From: Acidimicrobiia bacterium
GTDB lineage: Bacteria > Actinomycetota > Acidimicrobiia > IMCC26256 > PALSA-610
Assembly: GCA_017882905.1 (NCBI GenBank)
Contig: JADGOO010000106.1
Span: 3,498 to 67,497, forward strand
Length of the DNA: 64,000 bases
Direction of reading: 5' to 3'
Positions 1 through 9,550 of this stretch are shown here, piece by piece; the stretch's first letter is position 1, and every line of letters begins with the position of its first letter. The notes below the pieces were generated by a model, which had not been told where the DNA came from, did not search any database, and worked only from the letters and a program-made list of their open reading frames with translations. A program made the position numbers and the translations under genes.

Positions 1-969
1 ATCGACCGTCTCGCGATCGGGCCGTTGCCCTTCGGCGCGCGCGAGCGACAGCAAGCCCTCGACCACGCGATTGAGGCGCCCGATCTCGTCGGAGAGCTCG
101 TTGACCTCGTTCGGGATCTCGTCGAGCGACGCGTAGGCGAGGTTCTCGATGCGCAGGCGAAGTGCCGTGAGCGGAGTGCGCAGCTCGTGCGACGCGTCGG
201 CCACGAACGCGCGCTGCGCTCCGATGAGCTGGGCGAGGCGGCGGGCCATGTCGTTGAACTCGGTGGCGAGGCGGCGAACCTCCGGTGGCCCTTCATCGTC
301 GGGAGCCCGAACCGACAGATCGCCCCGGGCCACGGCGGCCACTGCGAGCTCCAGCGCGCGTACGGGCTGCGTGACGGATCGCGCGAACAGCGAACCCACG
401 ATCGCGACCGACCCGAGCACGACCACGGCCAAGAACGCGAGCGACAACCAGTTGCGATGCACGCGGTCGGTGAGCGCGGTGACCGAGTACGACATGTTCA
501 CGGCGCCGAGCAATGAGTGGCCTGAGACGACGGGCACCGCCACGTAGAGGCGACCGTCGCGTTGCAGATGCACCGCCGGCGGTGGAGCAGGGTTGTCGGG
601 CGAATCGAGGTCGAGCGCCGAACGGATCTCGGTGTCCTTCGAGTAGTCGATGCCTGCGACGGCCGGCGCGGCCGAGTTGGCCACGCTCATCCCGTTCTTG
701 TCGACGACGATCACGCTCGCGTTCGACTTCGCGGCGTATTGCTGCAGCTTCTCGACCAGCTGTTGTTGCGCCGCGCGCGCGCCCTGCGTACCCGGCGTCT
801 GGCGGAGCGTGTCTTCTGAGAACGCGCCGATCGTGTTGGCATCGCGTTCGAGGGCCGCGTTCACCCGTTCGTGCTCGCTGCGTTGATACGTGATCGCGAG
901 CGGCACCTCGAGGATCAACAGCACGAAGGCAGTGATGGTGAGGTAGCTGGCGAGCAGGCGGCGCGTCAT
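1..969 (-). CDS. Sensor histidine kinase (HAMP-HisKA), runs off the window's left edge
   Basis: Minus-strand translation from ATG 969: MTRRLLASYLTITAFVLLILEVPLA (TM) ... FVADASHELRTPL H-box; directly downstream of a response regulator. Confidence 0.9.
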   Translation of the reverse strand, partial: MTRRLLASYLTITAFVLLILEVPLAITYQRSEHERVNAALERDANTIGAFSEDTLRQTPGTQGARAAQQQLVEKLQQYAAKSNASVIVVDKNGMSVANSAAPAVAGIDYSKDTEIRSALDLDSPDNPAPPPAVHLQRDGRLYVAVPVVSGHSLLGAVNMSYSVTALTDRVHRNWLSLAFLAVVVLGSVAIVGSLFARSVTQPVRALELAVAAVARGDLSVRAPDDEGPPEVRRLATEFNDMARRLAQLIGAQRAFVADASHELRTPLTALRLRIENLAYASLDEIPNEVNELSDEIGRLNRVVEGLLSLARAEGQRPDRETVD

Positions 970-979
970 CTCGCCGGCC

Positions 980-1648
980 TCACTCTGGTGGGCTGAGACG
1001 GAAGCCCACGCCTCGCACCGTCTCGATCCATGCGGTCTCGCCCAGCTTCTTGCGCAGCGCCGCTACGTGGACGTCGAGCGTCTTGGTCGGTCCGTACCAG
1101 TGCGTGTCCCAGACCGACTCGAGGATCTCTTGGCGGCTGAAGACGGCGCCGGGATCCGTGGCGAGGAACGCGAGGAGATCGAACTCCTTCGGTGTGAGGA
1201 GCACCTCGGCGCCGTCGATGGTGACGCGCCGGGTACGACGATCGATCTCGAGTGCACCCACTCGCAGTGGTGTCGTTGCCCCAGGGTCGGCCGCGCGGGG
1301 TTGGGCACGGCGGAGCACGGCACGGATGCGCGCCTGCAGCTCCTTGAACCCGAACGGCTTGACCATGTAGTCGTCGGCACCGAGCTCGAGCAGCACAACC
1401 CGGTCGATCTCGTCGGCGCGTGCGGTGATGACGATGATCGGCACGTCGCTGCGACCGCGCAGCTCGCGGCACACGTCGGCGCCGTCGGCGTCGGGGAGGC
1501 CGAGGTCGAGCAAGATGAACTCCGGCTCGACCACAGCGAGCGCATCGCCACCGGTTGCGACGCGCGTGACCGTGTAGCCGACGCGCTGGAGTCCGGCGCA
1601 CAGTGGCTCTGCGATCGAGTCGTCGTCTTCGACGAGAAGAATGTCCAT
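980..1648 (-). CDS. OmpR/PhoB-family response regulator
   Basis: MDILLVEDD, LLDLGLPD, GADDYMVKPF, LTPKEFDLL, ETVRGVGFR; start set at ATG 1648. Confidence 0.95.
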   Translation of the reverse strand: MDILLVEDDDSIAEPLCAGLQRVGYTVTRVATGGDALAVVEPEFILLDLGLPDADGADVCRELRGRSDVPIIVITARADEIDRVVLLELGADDYMVKPFGFKELQARIRAVLRRAQPRAADPGATTPLRVGALEIDRRTRRVTIDGAEVLLTPKEFDLLAFLATDPGAVFSRQEILESVWDTHWYGPTKTLDVHVAALRKKLGETAWIETVRGVGFRLSPPE

Positions 1649-1751
1649 GTGTGTACGGTCGCGCGTCGCGTGTGCCACGCTAGGACCTGCTGGCCGAATC
1701 TTTACCCCAGCCTGGCGTCTGGGCGGCGGATGCCCCCGTACCCTCGCTCAC

Positions 1752-1937
1752 ATGGAACGCCGCACTGTGATCACCGTGGCTGCTTCCATAATGTTGGCCG
1801 TGATCTGTGCCGCGGCCACGATCGCCGTCAACGTGAGCATCCTGCAGCGCACGCCCACGGACCCCATCGGGCGTACCCGACCCATCACGCAGGTGAGCCC
1901 TACGAGCGTCGACCCGTTCGCCCGCTCGACTCCCTGA
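1752..1937 (+). CDS. Small single-TM membrane protein
   Basis: MERRTVITVAASIMLAVICAAATIAVNV hydrophobic helix; TACCCT -10-like box 7 nt upstream; strong hairpin downstream. Confidence 0.55.
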   Translation: MERRTVITVAASIMLAVICAAATIAVNVSILQRTPTDPIGRTRPITQVSPTSVDPFARSTP

Positions 1938-1954
1938 CCGGCCGGATCGACCAC

Positions 1955-1978
1955 GATCGGGCGGCGGGCCGCCCGATC
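1955..1978 (+). terminator. GC-rich hairpin (terminator-like)
   Basis: GATCGGGCGGC-GG-GCCGCCCGATC, perfect 11-bp inverted repeat just after the small ORF. Confidence 0.55.
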
Positions 1979-2040
1979 TGCACGGTTTCTCCACACCTGG
2001 GCGGTGCCCCGGGAGCAGTGGCTCCCTAACCTTCCATCTT

Positions 2041-2739
2041 GTGGTGGCCTCGCCGCGCACGATCGTCGTCATCGAAGACGAGGCACCGATCGCGCATTCC
2101 GTGGCCGCTCGCCTGCGGAGTGAGGGTCATCGTGTCGAGATCGCCGTCGACGGTCTGTCGGGAGTGGAGCTTGTCGAGTCACTGCGGCCCGACCTCGTCG
2201 TGCTCGACCTCATGCTCCCCGGTCTCGACGGCCTCGAGGTATGCCGCCGGATCCAGCGCGAGCGTTGGGTCCCGGTGCTGATGCTCACCGCACGCGACAG
2301 CGAAGCCGACCTCGTCATCGGGCTCGGCGCCGGTGCTGATGACTACCTGACGAAGCCGTTCAGCGCTCGGGAGCTGCTCGCACGGGTCAGTGCGCTGTTG
2401 CGCCGCGCTGAGCGCGTCGACGCCGATCGCGCCCGCGACACGGGCGGCGACGCCGTGCACGTCGGACCGGTCGAGCTCGATCCGCGCAGCCGGCGCGTGC
2501 GGCGCGACGGCGACGTGGTGCACCTCACGCCGACCGAGTTCGATCTGCTCACGTATCTGGCTCGCCAGCCCGGTCGGGTCGCAACCCGTGAGGAGCTGTT
2601 GCAGCAGGTGTGGGGCTACGACTTCCCGGCCGGCGGCCGCACGGTCGACTCCCACGTGCGGTCGTTGCGGCGCAAGCTCGGCCAGGAGGTCGTGCGCACC
2701 GTGCACGGCGTCGGTTACGCGGTCGAGGAGGCCGTGTGA
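2041..2739 (+). CDS. OmpR/PhoB-family response regulator
   Basis: IVVIEDE, VLDLMLPGLDG, GADDYLTKPF, LTPTEFDLL, RTVHGVGY; TAACCT -10 at 2027-2032 (leaderless-type). Confidence 0.95.
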   Translation: MVASPRTIVVIEDEAPIAHSVAARLRSEGHRVEIAVDGLSGVELVESLRPDLVVLDLMLPGLDGLEVCRRIQRERWVPVLMLTARDSEADLVIGLGAGADDYLTKPFSARELLARVSALLRRAERVDADRARDTGGDAVHVGPVELDPRSRRVRRDGDVVHLTPTEFDLLTYLARQPGRVATREELLQQVWGYDFPAGGRTVDSHVRSLRRKLGQEVVRTVHGVGYAVEEAV

Positions 2740-3794
2740 TCGCGCCCAAGGCAGCGCTGCACATCCGGCCGCTCGACCGGCTCCCGACGCTGCGCCTGCG
2801 GCTCGCCATCTTGATCGTGGTGGCCGTCGCCGTCACCGACGCGGTGTTCTACCTGGGCGTGAAGGCCACCAGCGTGTGGCCGGGTGTTATCGGTGCCTTC
2901 TCCGCGCTGTGCGCGCTGGGATTCGTCTGGGTGTTCTCGCGCGGCACGCTCGAGCCGCTGCGCGAGATGGCGCGCGCGTCGGAAGCGATCGCTCGCGGCG
3001 CGCTGTCCACGCGCGTCACACCGGTCTCGCGCGACGAGATCGGGCGCCTCGCCGAGTCGTTCAACCAGATGGCTTCCGAGCTCGAGGCCACTGATCGCGT
3101 CCGGCGCGATCTCGTCGCCAACGTGAGCCACGAGCTGCGCACACCCATCGCGGCACTCCAGGTGAAGCTCGAGAACATCATCGACGGTGTCGAAGATCCC
3201 GACGCCGAGACGCTGGAAGTGATGCGGGCGCAGGTCGAACGGCTCGGGCGGCTCGTCGTGCAGCTGCTCGATCTGTCGCGGTTGGAGTCGGGCACCGTGC
3301 CCCTCGACCGGCGCGAGTTCGAGGTGGCGCCGATGCTCGAGCATGCGGTGCGCGAAACCCGTCTCGCGGTTCCCGACGCCCACATTGCGCTGCAGGTCGA
3401 ACCGTCGAACCTCGTGCTCGACGCCGATCCTGAGCGGCTGCACCAGGTGATCGCCAACCTGGTGGCGAACGCCGTGCGGCACTCGCCGGTCGGCGCTCCG
3501 GTCACCGTGTCGGCGCACGCCAGCAACGGGTCGGTGTGCATCGAGGTCGACGACGAAGGACCGGGTATCCCCGAAGGAGAGGCCCAGCGCGTCTTCGAGC
3601 GGTTCTACCGCTCCGACTACGCGCGTTCGTCACGTGACGGCGGCGCCGGACTCGGCCTCGCCATCGCGCGGTGGATCGTCGACCTCCACGGAGGCGACAT
3701 CCATCCGGAAGCACGGGCACCGCACGGCTGCCGCATGGTGGTCACGTTGCCCAAAGCCGCACCTTGTTCTCAATCCAACGATTCAAGCGACTGA
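2736..3794 (+). CDS. Sensor histidine kinase (2 TM, HAMP, HisKA, HATPase)
   Basis: GTG overlaps the regulator's stop; VSHELRTP, NLVANA, DEGPGI, FERFYR, GAGLGLAI. Confidence 0.95.
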   Translation: MIAPKAALHIRPLDRLPTLRLRLAILIVVAVAVTDAVFYLGVKATSVWPGVIGAFSALCALGFVWVFSRGTLEPLREMARASEAIARGALSTRVTPVSRDEIGRLAESFNQMASELEATDRVRRDLVANVSHELRTPIAALQVKLENIIDGVEDPDAETLEVMRAQVERLGRLVVQLLDLSRLESGTVPLDRREFEVAPMLEHAVRETRLAVPDAHIALQVEPSNLVLDADPERLHQVIANLVANAVRHSPVGAPVTVSAHASNGSVCIEVDDEGPGIPEGEAQRVFERFYRSDYARSSRDGGAGLGLAIARWIVDLHGGDIHPEARAPHGCRMVVTLPKAAPCSQSNDSSD

Positions 3795-3807
3795 ATTCGG
3801 AGCACCC

Positions 3808-4449
3808 ATGAGCTTCACGAGCATCGACGAAGCGGTTCGCCGCATCCGGCGTGGGGAGATGGTCCTCGTCGTCGACGACGAAGACCGCGAGAACGAGGGC
3901 GACCTCACGATGGCGGCCGAGTGGGTGACGCCCGACGCGATCAACTTCATGCTGCGCTGGGCGCGCGGTCTCGTCTGCATGCCCTGCGACGGTGAGCGCC
4001 TCGACGCGCTCGACATCCACCCGATGCTGCCGGCCGGCCGCGCCACCTGCGACACGCCGTTCTGCGTCACGATCGACCACGTCGACGCGGGTAGCGGCAT
4101 CGGTGCGGCCGACCGCGCGCTCACGGTTCGGCGCGTGCTCGATCCGCGCTCGAGCGCCGGCGACTTCGTGCGTCCTGGGCACGTGTTCCCGCTGCGCGCT
4201 CGCGACGGTGGCGTGCTCGAGCGTCGCGGTCACACCGAGGCGGCTGTGGATCTCGCCCGTCTGGCCGGCTTGCCGCCGGTGGCCGTGATCTGCGAGGTGC
4301 TCCACGACGACGGCTCGCCGGCGCGCCTCGCCTACCTCGAGATGTTCGCGCAGGAGCACCGGATCGCCGTGATCTCGGTCGACCAGCTGGCGGACCACCG
4401 GCGCCGCACCGAGTCGGTCGGTGCGCCCGGTTCCCGGCTCGTGCTCTGA
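3808..4449 (+). CDS. ribB: 3,4-dihydroxy-2-butanone-4-phosphate synthase (stand-alone)
   Basis: VDDEDRENEGDL, GLVC, RPGHVFPL, RRGHTEAAVDL, VICE motifs. Confidence 0.93.
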   Translation: MSFTSIDEAVRRIRRGEMVLVVDDEDRENEGDLTMAAEWVTPDAINFMLRWARGLVCMPCDGERLDALDIHPMLPAGRATCDTPFCVTIDHVDAGSGIGAADRALTVRRVLDPRSSAGDFVRPGHVFPLRARDGGVLERRGHTEAAVDLARLAGLPPVAVICEVLHDDGSPARLAYLEMFAQEHRIAVISVDQLADHRRRTESVGAPGSRLVL

Positions 4450-4514
4450 TCCGCGCGCGTTCCCGGCGCGCGGCGGCCTACGTTCGTTGGCCTGCCGCCG
4501 CCACGAGGTCGGGG

Positions 4515-5873
4515 ATGGATCCACACAGCCTGCAGGTGCGATGGGTCGCGTGGCCGGCGATCGTGGTGCTCGCCGCCGCGAGCGTCGCGTTCCTCGCGCG
4601 GGTGCAGCCGCGCGGCGGGAACTTCGGGCTCGACTGTGTGCTGGCCGCGACCGTCGCGTGGCTCGTCGTGCTCGCGTGCGCCGGCCGCTTCCCGAGCGCG
4701 ATCTCGATGCGCGCCGTCGCGGTTGTTGCGGTCGCGCTCGGGATCGCCGCCGTGGTCGCGCCGCCGCGGCAGTCGGCCGACCTCTACTCGTATGTGATGT
4801 ACGGGCGCATCGCCGCAGTGCACCACGCGAACCCGTACGTCGCGCTGCCGTCGTCGTTCCGCCGCGATCCGATGCTGCACCTCGTGAGCAGAGCATGGTT
4901 GCGCACGCCGTCGCGCTACGGCGTCGTCTTCACCGCCTTCTCCGCGCTCGGTGCCTGGTTCTTCGGAACCGGCCAGCTCGCGTTGCGCCTGTGGTTCCAG
5001 CTGGCGGCGCTGCTCGCCGTCGGCGTGATGGCGACGATCGTGTGGCGCCGAACGCGTTCCGTCGCTGCCCTTGCGTTCGTGGCGCTCAACCCGTTCGTGC
5101 TCCTGAGCGTGGTCAACGGCGGGCACAACGATGCCCTGCTGGCACTCGGGCTCCTCGCCGGCGTGCTGCTCGTGCGCGACGACCATCTCCTTGCCGGCGC
5201 GACCGTGCTTGCGGCGACGTCGCTCGTCAAGCTCACGGCCGTGCTGGCGATCGTCGGCGTCGTCGCGTGGCTGTTGTTGCGGCGACGCCTGCGCGCCGCG
5301 GTCGTCGTGGGTGGGCTGAGCGGCGCACTGACTGCGGTCGGCACGTTCGGCATGCCGGGCGCCTATGCCGCCGTGAAGTCGGGCGACGCGGGCACGACGC
5401 GCGTCTCCGTGTGGAGGCTCGTACGCCTCGCGACCGAGCGCCACTCGGTGCTGCCGTGGCACGGTCCTGTGCTGTCCGCCGACCAGTTCCGCAACCTGGT
5501 GACCATTGGCGTGCCGCTCGTTGCGCTCGCGGCGCTCGTGATCGGCATGCTGTGGCTCGGCGGCCGTGGCGGTCTCACGCTCGAGGTCGCCGCAGTGCTC
5601 GGCGTGAGCGCGTACGCCGTACTCGGCGGTTGGGTACTGCCTTGGTACGCGGTCTGGGCGCTGCCACTCGCCGCCGTCGCCGGCTCGGCACGGCTGCGTT
5701 GGGTGGTTGCCCTGCACGGCGCGCTGCTGCTCGCGGTGCAACAGGTCCCGATCGCCGAGTGGACCGAGCCCCGACCCGATCTCGTGTTCTGGCTCCTCGT
5801 GTCGATTCCGGTCGTGCTCGCCGTGCTGTACGGCCTGGCGATCTTCGCCGCGCCGCGTCCGGCACGCATCTGA
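4515..5873 (+). CDS. Polytopic GT-C glycosyltransferase (MptA/MptB / GT87-like)
   Basis: Multiple TM helices; DLYSYVMYGR, NPY, NPF...GGHNDAL, LPWYAVWALP motifs. Confidence 0.7.
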   Translation: MDPHSLQVRWVAWPAIVVLAAASVAFLARVQPRGGNFGLDCVLAATVAWLVVLACAGRFPSAISMRAVAVVAVALGIAAVVAPPRQSADLYSYVMYGRIAAVHHANPYVALPSSFRRDPMLHLVSRAWLRTPSRYGVVFTAFSALGAWFFGTGQLALRLWFQLAALLAVGVMATIVWRRTRSVAALAFVALNPFVLLSVVNGGHNDALLALGLLAGVLLVRDDHLLAGATVLAATSLVKLTAVLAIVGVVAWLLLRRRLRAAVVVGGLSGALTAVGTFGMPGAYAAVKSGDAGTTRVSVWRLVRLATERHSVLPWHGPVLSADQFRNLVTIGVPLVALAALVIGMLWLGGRGGLTLEVAAVLGVSAYAVLGGWVLPWYAVWALPLAAVAGSARLRWVVALHGALLLAVQQVPIAEWTEPRPDLVFWLLVSIPVVLAVLYGLAIFAAPRPARI

Positions 5874-5931
5874 GGAGCGCGTCCGAGACGCGCGCTTGAC
5901 GACGCTTCGGGCCGGGTGCTGGCATCGGAGC

Positions 5932-6864
5932 GTGGAGACGATCACGCCCGACATCACCGACCTGGCCACCGGATTGTTCTTTCCCGAAGGGCCGGTGTGG
6001 CGTCCCGACGGCACGCTCTACACCACCGAGCTCGGAGGGCGCTGCGTCACGCGCATCGCGCCCGATGGCACGGTCAGTCGGGCGTCCGACAACGGCGGGA
6101 GCCCGAACGGCGCGGCGATCGGCCCCGACGGCGCGCTCTACATCTGCAACTCGGGCGGTTGGTCGTTCCACGAGCTGATGGGGATGCACATCCCGTCGAC
6201 CGAGCTTCCTCCGGATCACAGCGGCGGTCGCATCGAGCGTGTCGATCCGGCCACGGGCGACGTGCGCGTGCTCTACACCGAATGCGACGGCCATCCGCTC
6301 ATCGGCCCGAACGACCTCGTGTTCGACGCGCAGGGCGGCATCTGGTTCACCGACCACGGCCGCAACCAAGGTCGGGTGCATCACCTCGGTGGCGTGTACT
6401 ACGCGCAACCCGACGGCAGCGAGATCCGCGAAGTGCTCTTCCCCGTGGAAGGCCCCAACGGCATCGGGCTCTCGCCCGACGGCACCCGCCTCTACGTGGC
6501 GGAGACGCACACCGGCCGCGTGAAGGCGTGGACCGTGACGGCGCCGGGCGAGCTCGACTCGGGGTCGCCGCTCGGCGGGCCCGGCGGTGAGCTGCTCTGG
6601 GGCTTCGAAGGCAACCAGCTCCTCGACTCGCTCGCGATCGACGCCGAGGGCAACGTGGTCGTGGGCACGCTGGTCACGGGCGGTGTGTCGGTGATCTCGC
6701 CCGGCGGCGTGCTGCTCGAGCAGTGGCTGCTCGGCGACCCAATGGTCACGAACGTGTGCTTTGGTGGTCCGGACCGGCGCACGGCGTTCGCCACCTGCTC
6801 GGCGACCGGCCGGCTCGTCAGCTTCGAGTACGCCCGCCCCGGCCTCGCCCTCAACTTCGAATGA
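5932..6864 (+). CDS. SMP-30/gluconolactonase/LRE family protein
   Basis: FPEGPVW, GPNDLVFD, PNGIGLSPDG, DSLAID, TNVCFGG. Confidence 0.9.
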   Translation: METITPDITDLATGLFFPEGPVWRPDGTLYTTELGGRCVTRIAPDGTVSRASDNGGSPNGAAIGPDGALYICNSGGWSFHELMGMHIPSTELPPDHSGGRIERVDPATGDVRVLYTECDGHPLIGPNDLVFDAQGGIWFTDHGRNQGRVHHLGGVYYAQPDGSEIREVLFPVEGPNGIGLSPDGTRLYVAETHTGRVKAWTVTAPGELDSGSPLGGPGGELLWGFEGNQLLDSLAIDAEGNVVVGTLVTGGVSVISPGGVLLEQWLLGDPMVTNVCFGGPDRRTAFATCSATGRLVSFEYARPGLALNFE

Positions 6865-6917
6865 CGATGCGTCGCTGAGCCGTGCCATTTCCGGGTTCCC
6901 GACGCATGGGGCTCCGA

Positions 6918-6936
6918 CCTGACGTGTCCGTCAGGT
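6918..6936. promoter_or_regulatory. Palindrome upstream of the CoA-transferase (operator candidate)
   Basis: CCTGACG-TGTC-CGTCAGG just upstream of a TATCGT -10-like box (6943-6948). Confidence 0.35.
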
Positions 6937-6991
6937 GGCGCGTATCGTGGCCGCGCCGGCCGACGGAGCCGTCGACGTCGAGGAGCGCAAC

Positions 6992-8137
6992 GTGGCCGGA
7001 CCGCTGACCGGGATCAAGATCGTGGAGTTGGCCGGCATCGGTCCCGGACCGTTCGCCGCCATGCTGTTGTCCGACCTCGGTGCCGACATCGTGCGCGTCG
7101 ACCGCGCCCAGCAGGTGAACCCGGCGCACTTCGGTCGGCCCAACGTCGACGTGATGTTGCGAGGGCGCCGCTCCGTGGGCATCGACCTGAAGCACCCCGA
7201 GGGCCTCGAGACCGCGCTCGCGCTCATCGAAGCGGCCGACGGCCTCATCGAGGGCTTCCGGCCGGGCGTCACCGAGAAGCTCGGCCTCGGCCCCGACGTG
7301 TGTCTCGCTCGCAACCCTCGCCTCGTGTACGGCCGCATGACCGGTTGGGGCCAGGACGGTCCGATGGCCCAAGCCGCCGGCCACGACATCAACTACATCG
7401 CCCTCGCCGGCGCGCTCGCCCACTTCGGCCGCGAGGGCGCCAAGCCCACGCCGCCCATCAACCTGGTCGGCGACTTCGCCGGCGGCGGCATGTTCATGGC
7501 GCTCGGCATCGTGTGTGGCGTGCTCGAAGCCCGCACCTCGGGCAAGGGTCAGGTGCTCGACGTCGCCATGGTCGACGGCACCGCCACGTTGATGTCGATG
7601 ATCTGGGGCATCAAGGCGATGGGCGCGTGGTCGGAAGACCAGGGCGTCAACGTGCTCGACACCGGCGCGCCGTTCTACGACACCTACGAGACAGCCGACG
7701 GCAAGTTCATCGCGCTCGGCTCCCTCGAACCGCAGTTCTACGCCGAGCTCCTCACGCGCGTGGGGCTCACCGACACCGGGCTCCCCGCGCAGATGGACCG
7801 CGCCGGCTGGGACGCATGGCGCGAACGCTTCACCACGCTGTTCAAGACCAAGACGCGCGACGAGTGGGACGCGATCCTCGGGGGAACCGACGCCTGCTAC
7901 GCACCGGTGCTGAAGATGAGCGAGGCGCTCGACGACGAGCACATCAAAGCGCGCGGCACGCTCGTGACGCTCGACGGCGTGCCGCAGCCCGCGCCGGCGC
8001 CGCGCTTCTCGCGCACTCCGGGCGCGATCGAGCGCAGCGGTGCCTGGCCGGGCGAGCACACCGACGAAGCGCTCGCCGACTGGGGTGTCAACAAGGAGCG
8101 CATCGGCGAGCTGCGCGCATCGGGCGCAATCGCGTAG
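6992..8137 (+). CDS. CaiB/BaiF CoA-transferase, alpha-methylacyl-CoA racemase-like
   Basis: GPLTGIKIVELAGIGPGPF, EGFRPGV, AGHDINY, GDFAGG; AGGAG RBS. Confidence 0.92.
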   Translation: MAGPLTGIKIVELAGIGPGPFAAMLLSDLGADIVRVDRAQQVNPAHFGRPNVDVMLRGRRSVGIDLKHPEGLETALALIEAADGLIEGFRPGVTEKLGLGPDVCLARNPRLVYGRMTGWGQDGPMAQAAGHDINYIALAGALAHFGREGAKPTPPINLVGDFAGGGMFMALGIVCGVLEARTSGKGQVLDVAMVDGTATLMSMIWGIKAMGAWSEDQGVNVLDTGAPFYDTYETADGKFIALGSLEPQFYAELLTRVGLTDTGLPAQMDRAGWDAWRERFTTLFKTKTRDEWDAILGGTDACYAPVLKMSEALDDEHIKARGTLVTLDGVPQPAPAPRFSRTPGAIERSGAWPGEHTDEALADWGVNKERIGELRASGAIA

Positions 8138-8146
8138 CCGCCTGCT

Positions 8147-9550
8147 TCAGGCGGCGGCGAGCGCGCGCGCCACGCGTGCGTCGCGCGCAACCGCGACGCG
8201 CACGGCACGTCCCGGGCACTCCACGACGACACGCCCGCCTGCCGCGGCGATGCGCGGCGCGGCTCGCCTGCTCCAGAGTCGGATCGACGAGCACAACGGA
8301 ACCGATGCATCCGATCGGCTCATGAGCACGAGGGCGACGGCCGCGGCTCCGCTCGCGTCGTGCCATTGGTGCACCGTGCCGCCCGCCCACGCGCCGGCTC
8401 GTTCCGTGGCATGGTCGAGTGCCACCGACTCGTTGTCGCCCGGCGCTTCGAACAAGCCAACGAGCGCGGCGGCACCGAACGTTCCCTGGCGAACGAGGCG
8501 CCATCCGGGCCCGGGATCGCCGGCCATCGGCGCGGTGCCGCCAGCCGCGGCGAAGCCGAGTGCTGCCGCGGTGCTGCGGGGTGGATCGAGCTCGAGCGCG
8601 TCGATCGCGGCGCGGCCGGGCCGGCCGTGGCCGAGCGTGCACAACCGTTCGAGGCCCGCAGTGGCGCCGAACAGCGCGGCGCGCGCCAGGTAGTGCGGCA
8701 ACGGGCTCGGGACGGGGCCGCTCGCCGCGCTCGCGGCGTCGGGTTCGATCGCTTCGAGCGCGAAGCGGCTCATCAACAACGTCGTCGGCCCGTCGGCCGC
8801 GGTCCGCGCCGCACGCGCGCCGTCATCGACGACGAGCGATGGTGCACGAGCGGGCAGCCCGTGGCCGTGCTGCGCGGCGAGCAGCCGCACGAGCGCGCCC
8901 GCAAGCGCGATCAGCGAGTCGGGGGCGAGGGGCCGGTCGACGTCGTCGGCTGAGACGAACACGGTGTTGCTCGCGGGCTCGGCGTCGGCGAGCAACCGAG
9001 CTTGGGCGAGCTCGACGGCGCCGTACACGAGATCGGTGCCGGGGGCGACGGCTCCGAGCGCGGCGAGCACTTCCTCGTCGAGCCGCGCGGTCCCGGCGTC
9101 GACTGCGGCTCGAGCGAGCTGCGCAGTGCGAGCGCGGTACGCAGATCTCGTGAGCGCGACGACGCGCGGGACGGCGACGAACGGTTCGCCTCTGGCGGCG
9201 GCGACCCATGACACGACGGCGGCGATCTGGGTGTTCTGGTGCGCCGACTCGGAGATCAAGGTCGATTGCCGTGTGGCGGCGCGTGCGGCGCGATCAGGAT
9301 CGTCGCCGATGCATGCGCCGAGGCCGATCGGGTCGCGGCCCGCCACGAGTGTGATCAGGCCGTCGCGCGTCGCCACACGGGCCGGGTCATCGAGCGCAGT
9401 ACCACTGGTGGGGGTTGGCGCGGGTGGGCGCGGTGCGACCCGGCGCGGCGGTGCCGCGCACGCGCTCGACCCGAGCGCGAACGCGGCCGTGGCGATCAGT
9501 GCGGCGGCGAAGCGGGAGCGGGGGTGGTGAGGGTGGTCACGCCATGTCAT
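8147..9550 (-). CDS. Putative lipoprotein; degenerate homolog of the zincin-like protein at 43985-45697
   Basis: Hydrophobic signal ending SSAC (lipobox-like); ATG overlaps the purK stop; colinear similarity to 43985-45697 without HExxH. Confidence 0.65.
   Translation of the reverse strand: MTWRDHPHHPRSRFAAALIATAAFALGSSACAAPPRRVAPRPPAPTPTSGTALDDPARVATRDGLITLVAGRDPIGLGACIGDDPDRAARAATRQSTLISESAHQNTQIAAVVSWVAAARGEPFVAVPRVVALTRSAYRARTAQLARAAVDAGTARLDEEVLAALGAVAPGTDLVYGAVELAQARLLADAEPASNTVFVSADDVDRPLAPDSLIALAGALVRLLAAQHGHGLPARAPSLVVDDGARAARTAADGPTTLLMSRFALEAIEPDAASAASGPVPSPLPHYLARAALFGATAGLERLCTLGHGRPGRAAIDALELDPPRSTAAALGFAAAGGTAPMAGDPGPGWRLVRQGTFGAAALVGLFEAPGDNESVALDHATERAGAWAGGTVHQWHDASGAAAVALVLMSRSDASVPLCSSIRLWSRRAAPRIAAAGGRVVVECPGRAVRVAVARDARVARALAAA

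Noticed and set aside
3760-3807. FMN riboswitch before ribB
   Set aside because: The gap is only 13 nt and no RFN consensus is present.
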